The notes under the pieces: model-generated
Databases searched by the model: none
Told to the model about the DNA's origin: nothing
What the model saw: only the letters and a program-made list of their open reading frames with translations
Program-made: the position numbers and the translations under genes
Assembly (NCBI GenBank): GCA_964615625.1
Contig: CAZTQT010000001.1
Coordinates: 12,438-76,437 of the forward strand
From: an uncultured Candidatus Saccharibacteria bacterium
GTDB lineage: Bacteria; Patescibacteriota; WWE3; UBA101185; UBA10185
Direction of reading: 5' to 3'
Length of the DNA stretch: 64,000 bases
Shown: piece by piece, positions 39,105 through 49,122 of the stretch
Position numbering within the stretch: the first letter of the stretch is position 1
How the letters are laid out: every line of letters starts with the position of its first letter

Positions 39105-40163
39105 TTATCCTTCTAGCAAATTATTTTCGTCCTCTTTTGGTTTTTCAATTGATTGAACCTTTTCAATCCTAGTGAGCAACCTTACGTATCTGCTTTTAAC
39201 ACTGTCTATTGATTTGTATGAGTTTGAAACATGTCTTTCTAAAACACTTAAATCTTCAAAAACTTTTCCAGCCTCAATTTTTATCCCAGCAATGGCTTTT
39301 AAAATATCACCTGTGTGTTTTTGTAACTCGTGTTGTTGGTAAGCAACCAAAAGGACTTTCAAGAAATAAGATAGTGTGTTGGGAGAAGTCATGACAACAT
39401 TTTTATGTTTTGCATACTCCTCAACTTCTGGGGTATTAACAATAAGCTCGTAATAAACATTTTCTGATGGTACGTACATTACCGCTTGATCAGTAGTTTT
39501 TTCTTCAGGCAAAATATATTTACTTGATATCTCGTCTATCCTTTTTTTAACATCTGATATAAAAACCTTTTTAAATTTATCTCTCTCGGCTTGTGATTCT
39601 GAGGTTATCATTGCCTTGAAGTTTTCCATTGGAAATTTAGAATCTATAGGTACAAGTCCCTTATCTGTTATGACTACAGCATCACAAATACTACCGTCCT
39701 TGAATTTATATTGTGTTTTATAAAGATCCTTTGGTAAAAAATTGTCTAATATTTCGTATAAAAATTGTTCTCCAAGACCGCCTCTTAGCTTTGGAGATTT
39801 CAAAATATTACTTAGATCTTTTATGTCGGTTCCAAACTCCTGTATACCTCCCAGTTGTTTTTGAACCTCTCTTATGACGTCACTAGATTTTTCAAGTCTT
39901 TCTGATATAAATTTAGTTTGTTGATTTACAGAGTCTCTGTGGCTTTTCATTTGTTCTTCCAAAGTTGTTCTTTGATCTTTTAACTGTCTTTCCATAACCT
40001 CTGTATTTTTTTCCATAGTGCCTTTCATGTCTTTTAACCATTCCATCAAAATAGCATCCTCAGAACTTCCAGATTTTTTAATTTGAGATGATAGATAAAG
40101 TCCTACGGCTATTACCGCTGCTACAATTAAAACTAGAAATATTATTATTGTTTGTGTGTCCAT
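39105..40163 (-). CDS. rmuC: DNA recombination protein RmuC
   Basis: TM, coiled coil, PKLRGGLGEQ.L, PIDSKFP, AVMYVPSE, TSPNTL. Confidence 0.92.
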   Translation of the reverse strand: MDTQTIIIFLVLIVAAVIAVGLYLSSQIKKSGSSEDAILMEWLKDMKGTMEKNTEVMERQLKDQRTTLEEQMKSHRDSVNQQTKFISERLEKSSDVIREVQKQLGGIQEFGTDIKDLSNILKSPKLRGGLGEQFLYEILDNFLPKDLYKTQYKFKDGSICDAVVITDKGLVPIDSKFPMENFKAMITSESQAERDKFKKVFISDVKKRIDEISSKYILPEEKTTDQAVMYVPSENVYYELIVNTPEVEEYAKHKNVVMTSPNTLSYFLKVLLVAYQQHELQKHTGDILKAIAGIKIEAGKVFEDLSVLERHVSNSYKSIDSVKSRYVRLLTRIEKVQSIEKPKEDENNLLEG

Positions 40164-40199
40164 ATAGTCTCTATTTTATCAGAGTGTTAAAATCAAACC

Positions 40200-40565
40200 A
40201 TGCCCAAGTTTGTTAAATCGGCTATTATTTTTTCACTTATTTTATGGATCTTGTGGTTTTATTTTCTATTTTTTGGTCTATCACCAAAATCGTATAAAGA
40301 AATTTTTATTTTTTTAGGGGTTTTGTTCCTAGCAGTTGATATGTCTTTGTCCTTCCCATTTTATTTTATATATAAAAAGAAATACAAGAATTTTACTGAT
40401 ATGGGAATTCTTTATAAAAGAGCTTTAAAGTATGGGTTTTTAATAAGTTTTGGTCTTATTGGTATAGCATTAATGCAAGCTTTTAATATTGTTACTGTTC
40501 TAAACGTTTCTTTATTTGCATTGTTATATGTTGGTGTATTTATGCAAGTGGGTGGGAAAAGGTAA
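40200..40565 (+). CDS. Four-TM membrane protein
   Basis: 121 aa hydrophobic ORF with TG-T-TAAAAT 6 nt upstream. Confidence 0.7.
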   Translation: MPKFVKSAIIFSLILWILWFYFLFFGLSPKSYKEIFIFLGVLFLAVDMSLSFPFYFIYKKKYKNFTDMGILYKRALKYGFLISFGLIGIALMQAFNIVTVLNVSLFALLYVGVFMQVGGKR

Positions 40566-40723
40566 GTTGTTTGAAAATAGTTTTGGAAAGATTAAATGAT
40601 TAAGGAAAAAACAAACAGATTTTAAAGTAAAAATAGGGCAGTAGTTATTAGATCTCTTAGTAATACATTTGTTAATGGGATACGAGCTAATATGTAAAAA
40701 TTGAAAACCAGAGAGTTCTAAGA

Positions 40724-40752
40724 GAGTGGTGGTTTTTGTTAAATCACCACTC
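40724..40752. terminator. Hairpin downstream of the 112-aa gene
   Basis: GAGTGGTGGTTT...AAATCACCACTC. Confidence 0.55.
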
Positions 40753-40761
40753 CCATTAATG

Positions 40762-41100
40762 TCATTCAGAGAGATGCTCTTCGGCATCTTTCATAATTGA
40801 CCACACATTTCCGTATAGCCACGACCTTTTCCAACCTTGTTCTTTGGCAACCTTGTTTTTGAAGTTGTCGTAATCTATATCGTCAATGATTTTATCTACC
40901 ACTTTTTTGAAATCTCCAACGCTTACGTAGATTCTGTATCTGTAATCAGCGTCTTCCATTTCCACAATAGAGCCCAGCGAGGGGAGATACCTCTTCAAAT
41001 TTTCAAGGTCTTCTTTTACTCGCGCCCTAATCTGAAGCTCCTCGTCGTTATAGCGACTCCTTGTTACACTAAAAAACCCTACTTTTGTAAAAAGCCACAT
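40762..41100 (-). CDS. Conserved hypothetical protein (MWxFTxxGFFS...RAR...DYxYR...IDYxNFK type)
   Basis: Pattern recalled from uncharacterised bacterial and phage proteins; own TTGACT-16-TAGAAT promoter and AAGGAG. Confidence 0.7.
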   Translation of the reverse strand: MWLFTKVGFFSVTRSRYNDEELQIRARVKEDLENLKRYLPSLGSIVEMEDADYRYRIYVSVGDFKKVVDKIIDDIDYDNFKNKVAKEQGWKRSWLYGNVWSIMKDAEEHLSE

Positions 41101-41216
41101 ATCATTCTTTCTCCTTATTTTTTATTTTTTGTATTCTAACATAGAAAGTCCTATAGTCAATAAAGATAAGATTTATAGTGTCAAAATGGAGAGAAAGATT
41201 AAAGAATATGCAAGAC

Positions 41217-41603
41217 CTATATAACAGTTTTTTCAAAGCCTTCTAACAGCTCTTCCATGGTTGTAACGTTTTTATCGCCTGTTACTATTTTGTCTTTTAC
41301 CTTACTCTCATATATTTCCATAGTCATTGGGGTAAATGTGTATCTATTTCCAAGCTCACTTGTAAAACTGAGGTTTTCATTGTTAATAACCAAGTCATTA
41401 GTGATCATGGAGCGTTCTTTATTGGAGTCCCACCATGTTAATAATTTGGAAGATTCATTAAAATTAACTCTTAGTGCAACTAAAACAGTATTATCTAAAA
41501 CAGTATCATCGGGATTTGTACCACTTTCTACAAAAAATAACTTGTTTTCTGATAAAAACGTCTCCATATTAGGTTGATTTGTAAATGATTCTATACTTTC
41601 CAT
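41217..41603 (-). CDS. Hypothetical protein, candidate immunity/partner of the upstream 865-aa protein
   Basis: 128 aa, acidic, 31 nt downstream of the large gene, with its own TG-G-TACAAT. Confidence 0.6.
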   Translation of the reverse strand: MESIESFTNQPNMETFLSENKLFFVESGTNPDDTVLDNTVLVALRVNFNESSKLLTWWDSNKERSMITNDLVINNENLSFTSELGNRYTFTPMTMEIYESKVKDKIVTGDKNVTTMEELLEGFEKTVI

Positions 41604-41634
41604 AAGGTATTTATTGTACCACAGTCATTTTATA

Positions 41635-44232
41635 TTATTCAGCTGTAGTAACCTCCTTTTTATTTAAATTTCTGATATCGAAAAATTCTCCCATATTTTC
41701 TGCACAAACCACAAATTTTTCCAAAGGTATGCCGTTAATTTCCTCTACCCCTAGTTCCTTTCTTATTTCATTTATTAAATACATTCTATTTTCAGGTAGT
41801 CTGGTGCATATACCCATGATCATGTTGGGATGTACACCTCTTTTAAACATTACTTCGTTACTTGGGTAGAAGTTTATTTTTGCGTCATTAACGAATTCAT
41901 CGGCAGAAGGTCTTAAAGAAAAGGTATCTTCACGTATACTGCCGTAGTTATCTTCTTTATATGCATACCAATCTGTTCTATTTAATACCTCTGGATTAAT
42001 AACTAGGGTATAGTTACTTAGGTTAAATTTTGGTGCTGTTTCTTCTGAGATCAATCTAGTAAAAGCACTGTTAAAACCACCGGTCCCGGTATCCTCGCCT
42101 GTTGAAAGTCCGTTTATAATCTTTCCACTCTCCCATCTTGTTTGACTAGCTTGCAAACCTCCCTTAAGCATATTTGTAATATTATCTGACTCATATATTG
42201 AATGTGCTAGGACTAGATTTTGATCTTTAGTCCATTCTTCAACTGCCTTTTCATTGACGTATGTACTATAACCAGGGAATACCTCTTCCAATACAAGTTT
42301 GTTAGCTTCTTCTTTGTTTTTCTCATCCATTTCTGATATCTTATGGAACCATTTATATCTGGCAAATCTGTAAACCATTTCGGCTTCTGTATCAGGTTTC
42401 TCTAATCCGTTATCTATTCCCAAGGTTTTCATAGCTTTTTCTATTTCTGTTGAAATTTGTTCTGGTGACATATCTCCTCCCCTCACAGCTATCTGCACAG
42501 CCCCCTTAAAAGCCAGCTTCTTTTCTGTATCTTCTGCTACATGTATCACTGTGTTTGGAGTTATTTGTATATCTAGGCTTGCAAAGTTAACATTATCACC
42601 GACTTCGTTTGAGTTGAAAAATGTGTAATTATATCCGTGTGATACTTGAGGCACATTCGAACTAGCGGTTTGAATTTCGTTTGTAATCATTGTCGTCCTT
42701 CTGTGGTTTTCAGTAGTTTTAAAATAGACTAAAAAATCGCCTTTGTTTGTACATACCACGTTTATATTATGTCCTTCAATGTGTGTACTGTCTCCGCGTA
42801 CCCCCACATACCCGTGTTTTTCAAGACTTCTTCTAAGTTCTGAAATCTCCAGCGCTTTTGCGAACCCATCTATACCACCTTTTTCCATTGTATTTCTTCT
42901 ACCCTCAATGTTAGTGGTATCTAGATCAAATTTATTAATCAAAAAATTACGTCTCCCAACCATACTGTTGATTAAATGTTCTCTGGTCTCTTCTGGTAAA
43001 TCTTCTCTTGAAACAATTCTTCTAATATCATCCTCACTTAGTTTATCCACAAGATATTGCGCCTGCTTTTTTATCTCTTCTTCAGTTATCCCTTCAAATA
43101 TAAGGGCACTGTTAGGGTTTATACTAGGGTTTAACATGGATTCTAGCTCTGGTATATCTGGGCCGTATTCTTTTAAACCACCTTGAGCTCTAAAAATAAG
43201 AGTTCCTCCGTTATCTATTCTGTACACCCTTCCGTCAGACCCTCGTTCTAAGTTATCAAAACCTAGACCAGCAACGTCCCAGTTTGCTAAAAATGCGTCT
43301 GCAACAAACCCTTTTCTAACGGAGTAGCTGTTTTTCAAATTCTCTTTACCAACTCTTTCATGACCTTCTATCACTCTAGAAATATATGCTGTTTTATTGC
43401 CTATAGCACCTATTTCTGATCTTGGAGCGTGTATTCCAAGATGTTCATAAATATTATTTGATACTGTTTCCACACGTGCTTGATTTGGATCCTCATAAAA
43501 TTTAACGTAATATTCATACCCAGCTGCATCTTTATATAGACCACCATCATTGGAACCTAGATTTTCACCAATTTTGGTCACCCCTCCAAACACCCCTAAA
43601 CGACTGTCTTTAGATACTGGTTTGTAATCTTCCCAAGTGTCAAACTTATGCAAAAACTCACCCCACTCTTTCAAATAATCTTGGGGGTTAATGCCCCATT
43701 CATTAGATTCCTCCTCAGATTCAGTGGTTGAAATATAGTCCACACCTTTCTCTGAATTCGTACGGTCTGCATGTTCAACTTTTTCCCACTTTATATCCTG
43801 CTTAATTCCTTCGTTTCCCCCAGCAATAGTTGAAATACTACCCAAATCTCCTTTCCCGGAGATATCCCAAACTTCAGATGCATCCCATGGAGACGGGGTG
43901 GTTGAAATATCTTCATTGACTGAATTATCAAAGTTTAGCTTACCATATAAGTTATCAAGATTTATCCCTTGGTATACAATATTTGAATTTTCCGTATTCA
44001 AATTTTTTAAATCTGAATAAAGTTTGTCAAACTCATCCATTTCTTCCTCTACCAAATGCTCATTACCTCCTATCATTTTGTAAAATTTTTCCTTAATCTC
44101 TCCAGCTTTCTCAGCTATTTTTTCTTTGATGTCAGAGAAGACTTCAGCAAAGGTTTTCTTTTCCTCTTTTTCTGGAGAAGAGGAGTGTTGTGTCTCAAAA
44201 GAGTTTTTAAGTATATCGGCGTTATATGTCAT
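41635..44232 (-). CDS. Multidomain effector-like protein: HipA/PI3-4K-like kinase domain plus C-terminal ADP-ribosyltransferase-like domain
   Basis: Kinase: LGSNDGG, YYVK, ARVE, DAFLANWDV, DNL, RIDNGG, FRAQG. C-terminal: LAHS...NMLKGGLQAS...AFTR...SNEVMFK. Confidence 0.65.
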   Translation of the reverse strand: MTYNADILKNSFETQHSSSPEKEEKKTFAEVFSDIKEKIAEKAGEIKEKFYKMIGGNEHLVEEEMDEFDKLYSDLKNLNTENSNIVYQGINLDNLYGKLNFDNSVNEDISTTPSPWDASEVWDISGKGDLGSISTIAGGNEGIKQDIKWEKVEHADRTNSEKGVDYISTTESEEESNEWGINPQDYLKEWGEFLHKFDTWEDYKPVSKDSRLGVFGGVTKIGENLGSNDGGLYKDAAGYEYYVKFYEDPNQARVETVSNNIYEHLGIHAPRSEIGAIGNKTAYISRVIEGHERVGKENLKNSYSVRKGFVADAFLANWDVAGLGFDNLERGSDGRVYRIDNGGTLIFRAQGGLKEYGPDIPELESMLNPSINPNSALIFEGITEEEIKKQAQYLVDKLSEDDIRRIVSREDLPEETREHLINSMVGRRNFLINKFDLDTTNIEGRRNTMEKGGIDGFAKALEISELRRSLEKHGYVGVRGDSTHIEGHNINVVCTNKGDFLVYFKTTENHRRTTMITNEIQTASSNVPQVSHGYNYTFFNSNEVGDNVNFASLDIQITPNTVIHVAEDTEKKLAFKGAVQIAVRGGDMSPEQISTEIEKAMKTLGIDNGLEKPDTEAEMVYRFARYKWFHKISEMDEKNKEEANKLVLEEVFPGYSTYVNEKAVEEWTKDQNLVLAHSIYESDNITNMLKGGLQASQTRWESGKIINGLSTGEDTGTGGFNSAFTRLISEETAPKFNLSNYTLVINPEVLNRTDWYAYKEDNYGSIREDTFSLRPSADEFVNDAKINFYPSNEVMFKRGVHPNMIMGICTRLPENRMYLINEIRKELGVEEINGIPLEKFVVCAENMGEFFDIRNLNKKEVTTAE

Positions 44233-44398
44233 TTTTAGAACCCATTCTTTTTATGCTTTCTTCTAGCAACCTATTATATTTTGCTTCATCTATCTTTTTT
44301 CTTGCCCTAACAGTAACCTCAGACATTTGTTTTAAAATACCATCAGCATCAGTTTTATATTTTAATAACATCTTTTTTTGTCTCTCATTTATACCCAT
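44222..44398 (-). CDS. 58-aa basic helical protein overlapping the start of the effector-like gene (not in the ORF track)
   Basis: MGINERQKKMLLKYKTDADGILKQMSEVTVRARKKIDEAKYNRLLEESIKRMGSKNDI; 11-nt overlap with the next gene. Confidence 0.55.
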   Translation of the reverse strand: MGINERQKKMLLKYKTDADGILKQMSEVTVRARKKIDEAKYNRLLEESIKRMGSKNDI

Positions 44399-44505
44399 AT
44401 ATTTGTTGTTAATAAAATAATAAGTATTTATTCAACATAGGTCAATTTTACCCCAGATTTTTACAAAAACTTAGAAAAAACTTAGTTAGATGTTAAAATT
44501 CCAAT

Positions 44506-45927
44506 GTGAAAAAGAAAATATTAATAACAACAGCCATAGATTACGTTAATGATGTAATTCACATAGGCCATGCCTACCAAAAAATTCTAGCCGATTGTGT
44601 TGCTAGATTTGAAAGAATAAGACGTGGTAAAGAAAACACCTTTTTTGTAACTGGGACCGATGAATACGGTCAAAAAGTTTATAATGTGGCAAAAAAGCTG
44701 GGGGTAGACACAAAAGAATTTATTGACGGAATATCCGTAAAAGATCAAGAGCAACAAGATTCTCTTAAAATATCATACGACAGGTTTATAAGAACAACAG
44801 ATAATGATCATGTAAAAACAGCCTCTGATTTTTTCAAAAAAGTCTACGATGCGGGTTATATATACAAAAATATTTATAAAGGTCTATATTGCGAAGGTTG
44901 TGAATCTTACAAAACAGAAAAAGATTTAGTAGAAGGGAAATGCCCATTACACCCAAATAGTGAAATACAGATTGTTGAAGATGAAAATTACTTTTTCAAA
45001 TTTTCGGCCTTCAAAGATTTTCTAAAAGAATTATATGAAAAAAATGCAGAGTTTGTATTGCCAAACCAGCGTTATAAAGAAATGTATTCTTTTATAGATA
45101 ATTTGGAGGATATTCCTGTAACCAGAAGAAAAGAGAACTTACCGTGGGGAATACAATGTCCAGTAGATAAAGACCATGTTATTTGGGTATGGTTTGACGC
45201 ATTGGTTAATTATTTAACATTTGGTTTGCAGGTTAATACTTGGAATGAAGACACAAAAATAGTTCACTTTTTAGGCAAAGATAATGCAAGAATGCATGCG
45301 TTATTATGGCCATGCATGTTAAAAGCAGCTGGGTATGCTTTACCAGATACCATCTATGTTAATGCTTTTTTGAGTTTAAATGGCAAAAAAATAAGTAAAA
45401 GTTTGGGAAATGTTATTGCTCCAAAGGAATTGGTAGAGAAGTATGGTACAGACCCTGTTAGATATTATTTTTTGAGATATGGCCCAATAGTTGAGGATGC
45501 GGATTTTTCGGATTCTCATTTTCAAACTGTTTATAATGCAGATCTAGCCAACGGGTTAGGTAATACAGTAGCTAGACTAGCAAAAATGGCCGAAAAATCC
45601 GCCATAGGATTCAACATAAATATAAGTCAAAACGACATTTTGAAACCTGAATTTACTCAATATTTTGATACATTTCGTGTTGACCTAGCAGCTCAATATA
45701 TTTGGTCTAAGCTATCAGATTTAGACAAACATATAAATGAAAATACTCCTTGGGCCGTGGAAGATAAGGATAAGTTAAAGGATATTTTAGAATATGAGAT
45801 CTCAAGTATTTGTGAAATAGCCGAAATGTGCAGACCCTTTATGCCGGAGACATCTGAGAAAATTTTACAGACTTTTGGTGGTGGTTTAGTTACAGCCCCT
45901 CCATCTTTCTTCCCAAGAATACAATGA
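44506..45927 (+). CDS. metG: Methionine--tRNA ligase (short form)
   Basis: HIGHAY, TGTDEYGQK, YC.GCE, VWFDALVNY, KISKSLGN. Confidence 0.96.
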   Translation: MKKKILITTAIDYVNDVIHIGHAYQKILADCVARFERIRRGKENTFFVTGTDEYGQKVYNVAKKLGVDTKEFIDGISVKDQEQQDSLKISYDRFIRTTDNDHVKTASDFFKKVYDAGYIYKNIYKGLYCEGCESYKTEKDLVEGKCPLHPNSEIQIVEDENYFFKFSAFKDFLKELYEKNAEFVLPNQRYKEMYSFIDNLEDIPVTRRKENLPWGIQCPVDKDHVIWVWFDALVNYLTFGLQVNTWNEDTKIVHFLGKDNARMHALLWPCMLKAAGYALPDTIYVNAFLSLNGKKISKSLGNVIAPKELVEKYGTDPVRYYFLRYGPIVEDADFSDSHFQTVYNADLANGLGNTVARLAKMAEKSAIGFNINISQNDILKPEFTQYFDTFRVDLAAQYIWSKLSDLDKHINENTPWAVEDKDKLKDILEYEISSICEIAEMCRPFMPETSEKILQTFGGGLVTAPPSFFPRIQ

Positions 45928-46844
45928 AAAGATTGTTAATTATAGATACATTTAATTTTCTACACCGTGCGTATCACGCATTACCTACATCTTTTCGTGG
46001 TCCCGATGGGCAGCCAACTAATGCAGTTTATGGCTTTACTTCAATGATATTAAATGTTTTAGATCAAGTTAAACCAGATTACATGATAGCCGCTTTAGAT
46101 GGGAAAGAACCTACTTTTAGAGTTGGGGAGTTTACCGCATACAAAGCACAAAGAAAGCCAATGGAGGAGGACTTACAGGTTCAGATACCTAAAGTTTTTG
46201 ACATATTAGATGCTTTTAAAATTAAAAGAATAGTTGTGGAAGGATATGAGGCCGATGATGTTATAGGAACGGTATCAACAATGTTTAAGGGTAGTGTAAA
46301 TATATTTATTGTTAGCAATGATAGGGATTTATGGCAATTGGCTGGGGATGGCACAGTTATTATGGTTCCAGGTAAAAAAGGTGAGATTTCTATAATGGGA
46401 GAAAAAGAAGTTGATGAAAAATTAGGGTTTGGTGCTGAAAAAATAGCCGATTATAAGGGTTTAAGAGGAGATACTAGTGATAATATACCAGGAGTTTTTG
46501 GCGTTGGTGATGTTACAGCCACTAAGTTATTACAAAAGTACGGAACTTTAGAGGATATATACAAAAATATAGAAAGTGTAGAACCAGAATCTTTGAAAAA
46601 AAAGTTGATAGAAAGTTATGAACAAGCTCTGATGAGTAAAAAATTGGCAAAAATAATACTAGATGTTCCTTTACATGTAGATTTAGAAGAGTGCGTTTAT
46701 AGCGATACCAATAAAATTAAAGTAAAAGAAGTTTTGGAGAAGTATAATTTTAAATCTTTAATTAGAAGGATGGGTTTTGAGGTTGATGGTAAAAAATTAG
46801 ATAAAAAGCCTGAGAGACCCGACAACCAACTTTCCCTTTTATAA
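45924..46844 (+). CDS. Stand-alone 5'-3' exonuclease/flap endonuclease (PolA N-terminal domain only)
   Basis: RAYHALP, TNAVYGF, YKAQR, EADDVIGT, DRDL.QL, GDTSDNIPGV.GVG; stops at 306 aa, 2 nt before nth. Confidence 0.92.
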   Translation: MKRLLIIDTFNFLHRAYHALPTSFRGPDGQPTNAVYGFTSMILNVLDQVKPDYMIAALDGKEPTFRVGEFTAYKAQRKPMEEDLQVQIPKVFDILDAFKIKRIVVEGYEADDVIGTVSTMFKGSVNIFIVSNDRDLWQLAGDGTVIMVPGKKGEISIMGEKEVDEKLGFGAEKIADYKGLRGDTSDNIPGVFGVGDVTATKLLQKYGTLEDIYKNIESVEPESLKKKLIESYEQALMSKKLAKIILDVPLHVDLEECVYSDTNKIKVKEVLEKYNFKSLIRRMGFEVDGKKLDKKPERPDNQLSLL

Positions 46845-46846
46845 AT

Positions 46847-47497
46847 ATGACAAGAGAAGAAAGAGCTTTGGAGATAGCAAAGATTTTAAAAAAGGAAATT
46901 CCTAATCCTAGGACTGAGCTTATTCATAAAAATGAATACGAATTGGCAGTGTCTGTTATGCTTTCTGCTCAAACTACTGATAAAAAGGTAAATCAAGTTA
47001 CACCCGCATTGTTTAAAAAATACCCATCTTGGGGAGATTTAGCTGTGGCTGATTTATCAGATGTTCAAAATTTAATAAAACAGGTCAATTTTTATAAAGG
47101 AAAGGCGGAGAGGTTGATAAAAGCAGGACAGGTTGTTATAGCAGAGTTTGGTGGTAAGTTGCCAAAGGATATGGAGTCTCTTATGAAGATACCTGGTGTA
47201 GCTAGAAAAAGTGCTAATGTTATTACTCAAGAAGCTTGGGGGGTTGCAAACGGTATTGTTGTGGATACTCATGTAAGAAGGGTTTCTAATAGATTGGGGT
47301 TAACAAAAGAACAAGATCCAAAAAAGATAGAGAAGAAGTTAATGGAATTATTACCAAAGAAATACTGGAGAAACATTTCTGGAGCTATGGTTTTACACGG
47401 TAGGTATGTATGTGTAGCTAGAAAGCCAAAGTGTAGGGAGTGTAGTCTAAGAAATATTTGTCCTAGCTCACCAAACCCTTTTATTCAACAGGTGTGA
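46847..47497 (+). CDS. nth: Endonuclease III
   Basis: LSAQTTD, HhH IPGVARKSANV, VDTHV, C-X6-C-X2-C-X5-C. Confidence 0.96.
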   Translation: MTREERALEIAKILKKEIPNPRTELIHKNEYELAVSVMLSAQTTDKKVNQVTPALFKKYPSWGDLAVADLSDVQNLIKQVNFYKGKAERLIKAGQVVIAEFGGKLPKDMESLMKIPGVARKSANVITQEAWGVANGIVVDTHVRRVSNRLGLTKEQDPKKIEKKLMELLPKKYWRNISGAMVLHGRYVCVARKPKCRECSLRNICPSSPNPFIQQV

Positions 47498-48143
47498 CAT
47501 CTTGTGTTGTTGGTACTGTACTAGGTGTTTCCTGATTTGGTCCTGTTTCAGATTCCAATTTAGTTTCTTGCTCCGGCTCTGTTTCTTCTTGCTTCGGTTC
47601 TGGCAGGGTGTCTGGAATCTTTTTAACATCTATAGAACCTTCATGATTACTGTAACGTTCTTTATAAGTCCATATACCTAACGTGGTCATTTGAAATTCA
47701 AAACTTGTTCCAGGGTGCATTTCCACATCATTTGATAGTTCAGGATAAGTTGGTTTTCTCTGTCTTAGATAGATAGTCTCCTTGGTGTCGTTAGTCCACA
47801 CCACTTTTTGCCCTTGATACACTTTTATTATCATGGGGTTAAAACCACCTTCTTTTGTGTAAGATATTTTCACTATTCCAAAGGTTTTGTCTATATCAAG
47901 AGGTGGCTCATCTTCTGTAAGTTCTTTATTTTTACCAATTTCAACATCATCGTCTCTCTGATTATCTTCTTCTTGTACTTTGTATTTTAATGTTTCATTT
48001 TCATTAAGTTTTCTTAATTCAGTTTCTCTTCCAGGTCTTAATCTGTAAGCTATAACAATAACAGAGAACACCGATGCCAGAATTATACCTATCATAAATA
48101 TTGGTTTATTTCTTTCTATGAAGCTGACTATTTTGGTATTCAT
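47481..48143 (-). CDS. Membrane-anchored cupredoxin-like domain protein, copper ligands apparently absent
   Basis: TM, GFNP..IKV..GQKVVWTN, PGTSFEF....GIWTY; no Cys; E/T/P-rich tail. Confidence 0.6.
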   Translation of the reverse strand: MNTKIVSFIERNKPIFMIGIILASVFSVIVIAYRLRPGRETELRKLNENETLKYKVQEEDNQRDDDVEIGKNKELTEDEPPLDIDKTFGIVKISYTKEGGFNPMIIKVYQGQKVVWTNDTKETIYLRQRKPTYPELSNDVEMHPGTSFEFQMTTLGIWTYKERYSNHEGSIDVKKIPDTLPEPKQEETEPEQETKLESETGPNQETPSTVPTTQDVTPVE

Positions 48144-48170
48144 ATAAAAAATTATACACTGTAAAACAAT

Positions 48171-49118
48171 TTATATTATTTTACGAACTGTTTTTTCCAT
48201 CTCTTCTTTTGTAAATAAACCAGTTCCAGCACTTTCTTTTGTTATCTCCCCAAAAGAGTTTATAGCTCCCCAACCAAGTGCTTCTTTTAATGATTTTTTA
48301 TGAAAAATGGCTGAAATAAAACCAGAAGAAAAAGCATCTCCTGCACCTGTTTTGTCCTTAACCTCCCTACCATCTGTGTAGGCACTTACTTTAACCAAGT
48401 TCTCACCATCAAAACCGCTAGCCCCGTTTTTTCCATCTGTAATTACTGTAAGTTTTGGCCCTAATTTTTGTAAATCTATGTGCATTTTTGGTAGTGGTTT
48501 TTCTCCGACCAATCTAACCGCTTCCTCAAGATTTAATATTAATATACTTGTTATTTCTAAAAATTCTTTTATATGGTTAAATCCCATCCTCATTTGGTGA
48601 GATCCAGGGTTGAATACAACTATAATATCTTTATTTTCTTCAATGTATTTTATTAACTCTTCTTGAAATTTTTCAAAACCATCTCCTATTGATGTGTAGT
48701 ATATAAAAGTTGGTTTTTCCCAACCTCTTACTTTATAGTTTCTTGGTGCGTGGTAAGAGAATATAGTTCTTTCGTAATTGTGAACAATTATAGAATGTAC
48801 ATCCGTATCCTGGTCGTTGTTCCTTATGCAGTAGTCGGTGTTTATACCTTTTTCCTTTAGCTCGTTTACTATTTTTTCTCCATTTTGATCATCGCCTATT
48901 TCCGTGTAGACTCCAACTTTTAACCCCATTCTGTTACACCCTACTGCCACATTAACAGAGTTACCAGCTATAGCTGTTGAAAATTTTTCTACTGGAACCT
49001 TACTTCCGTGCAAAAAACAAATCTGCGAGTCGTCAGTACCAGGTATCTTCACCTCATTGGCACTAGATATATACAAAGTCATATCTATTGCAGCATCTCC
49101 TACAGTAAGAATATCCAT
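48171..49118 (-). CDS. PfkB-family carbohydrate kinase
   Basis: AGNSVNVAVG, IGDD, FNPG, NLEEA, ITDGKNG, DKTGAGDAFSSG. Confidence 0.92.
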   Translation of the reverse strand: MDILTVGDAAIDMTLYISSANEVKIPGTDDSQICFLHGSKVPVEKFSTAIAGNSVNVAVGCNRMGLKVGVYTEIGDDQNGEKIVNELKEKGINTDYCIRNNDQDTDVHSIIVHNYERTIFSYHAPRNYKVRGWEKPTFIYYTSIGDGFEKFQEELIKYIEENKDIIVVFNPGSHQMRMGFNHIKEFLEITSILILNLEEAVRLVGEKPLPKMHIDLQKLGPKLTVITDGKNGASGFDGENLVKVSAYTDGREVKDKTGAGDAFSSGFISAIFHKKSLKEALGWGAINSFGEITKESAGTGLFTKEEMEKTVRKII

Positions 49119-49122
49119 ATTT

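Noticed and set aside
45924-46844. Frameshifted or broken polA pseudogene
   Set aside because: The ORF ends cleanly with a motif-like tail and nth starts 2 nt later; no polymerase remnant follows.
47520-47600. QEETEPEQET-type repeats at the end of the cupredoxin-like gene
   Set aside because: A low-complexity protein tail, not a DNA repeat element.
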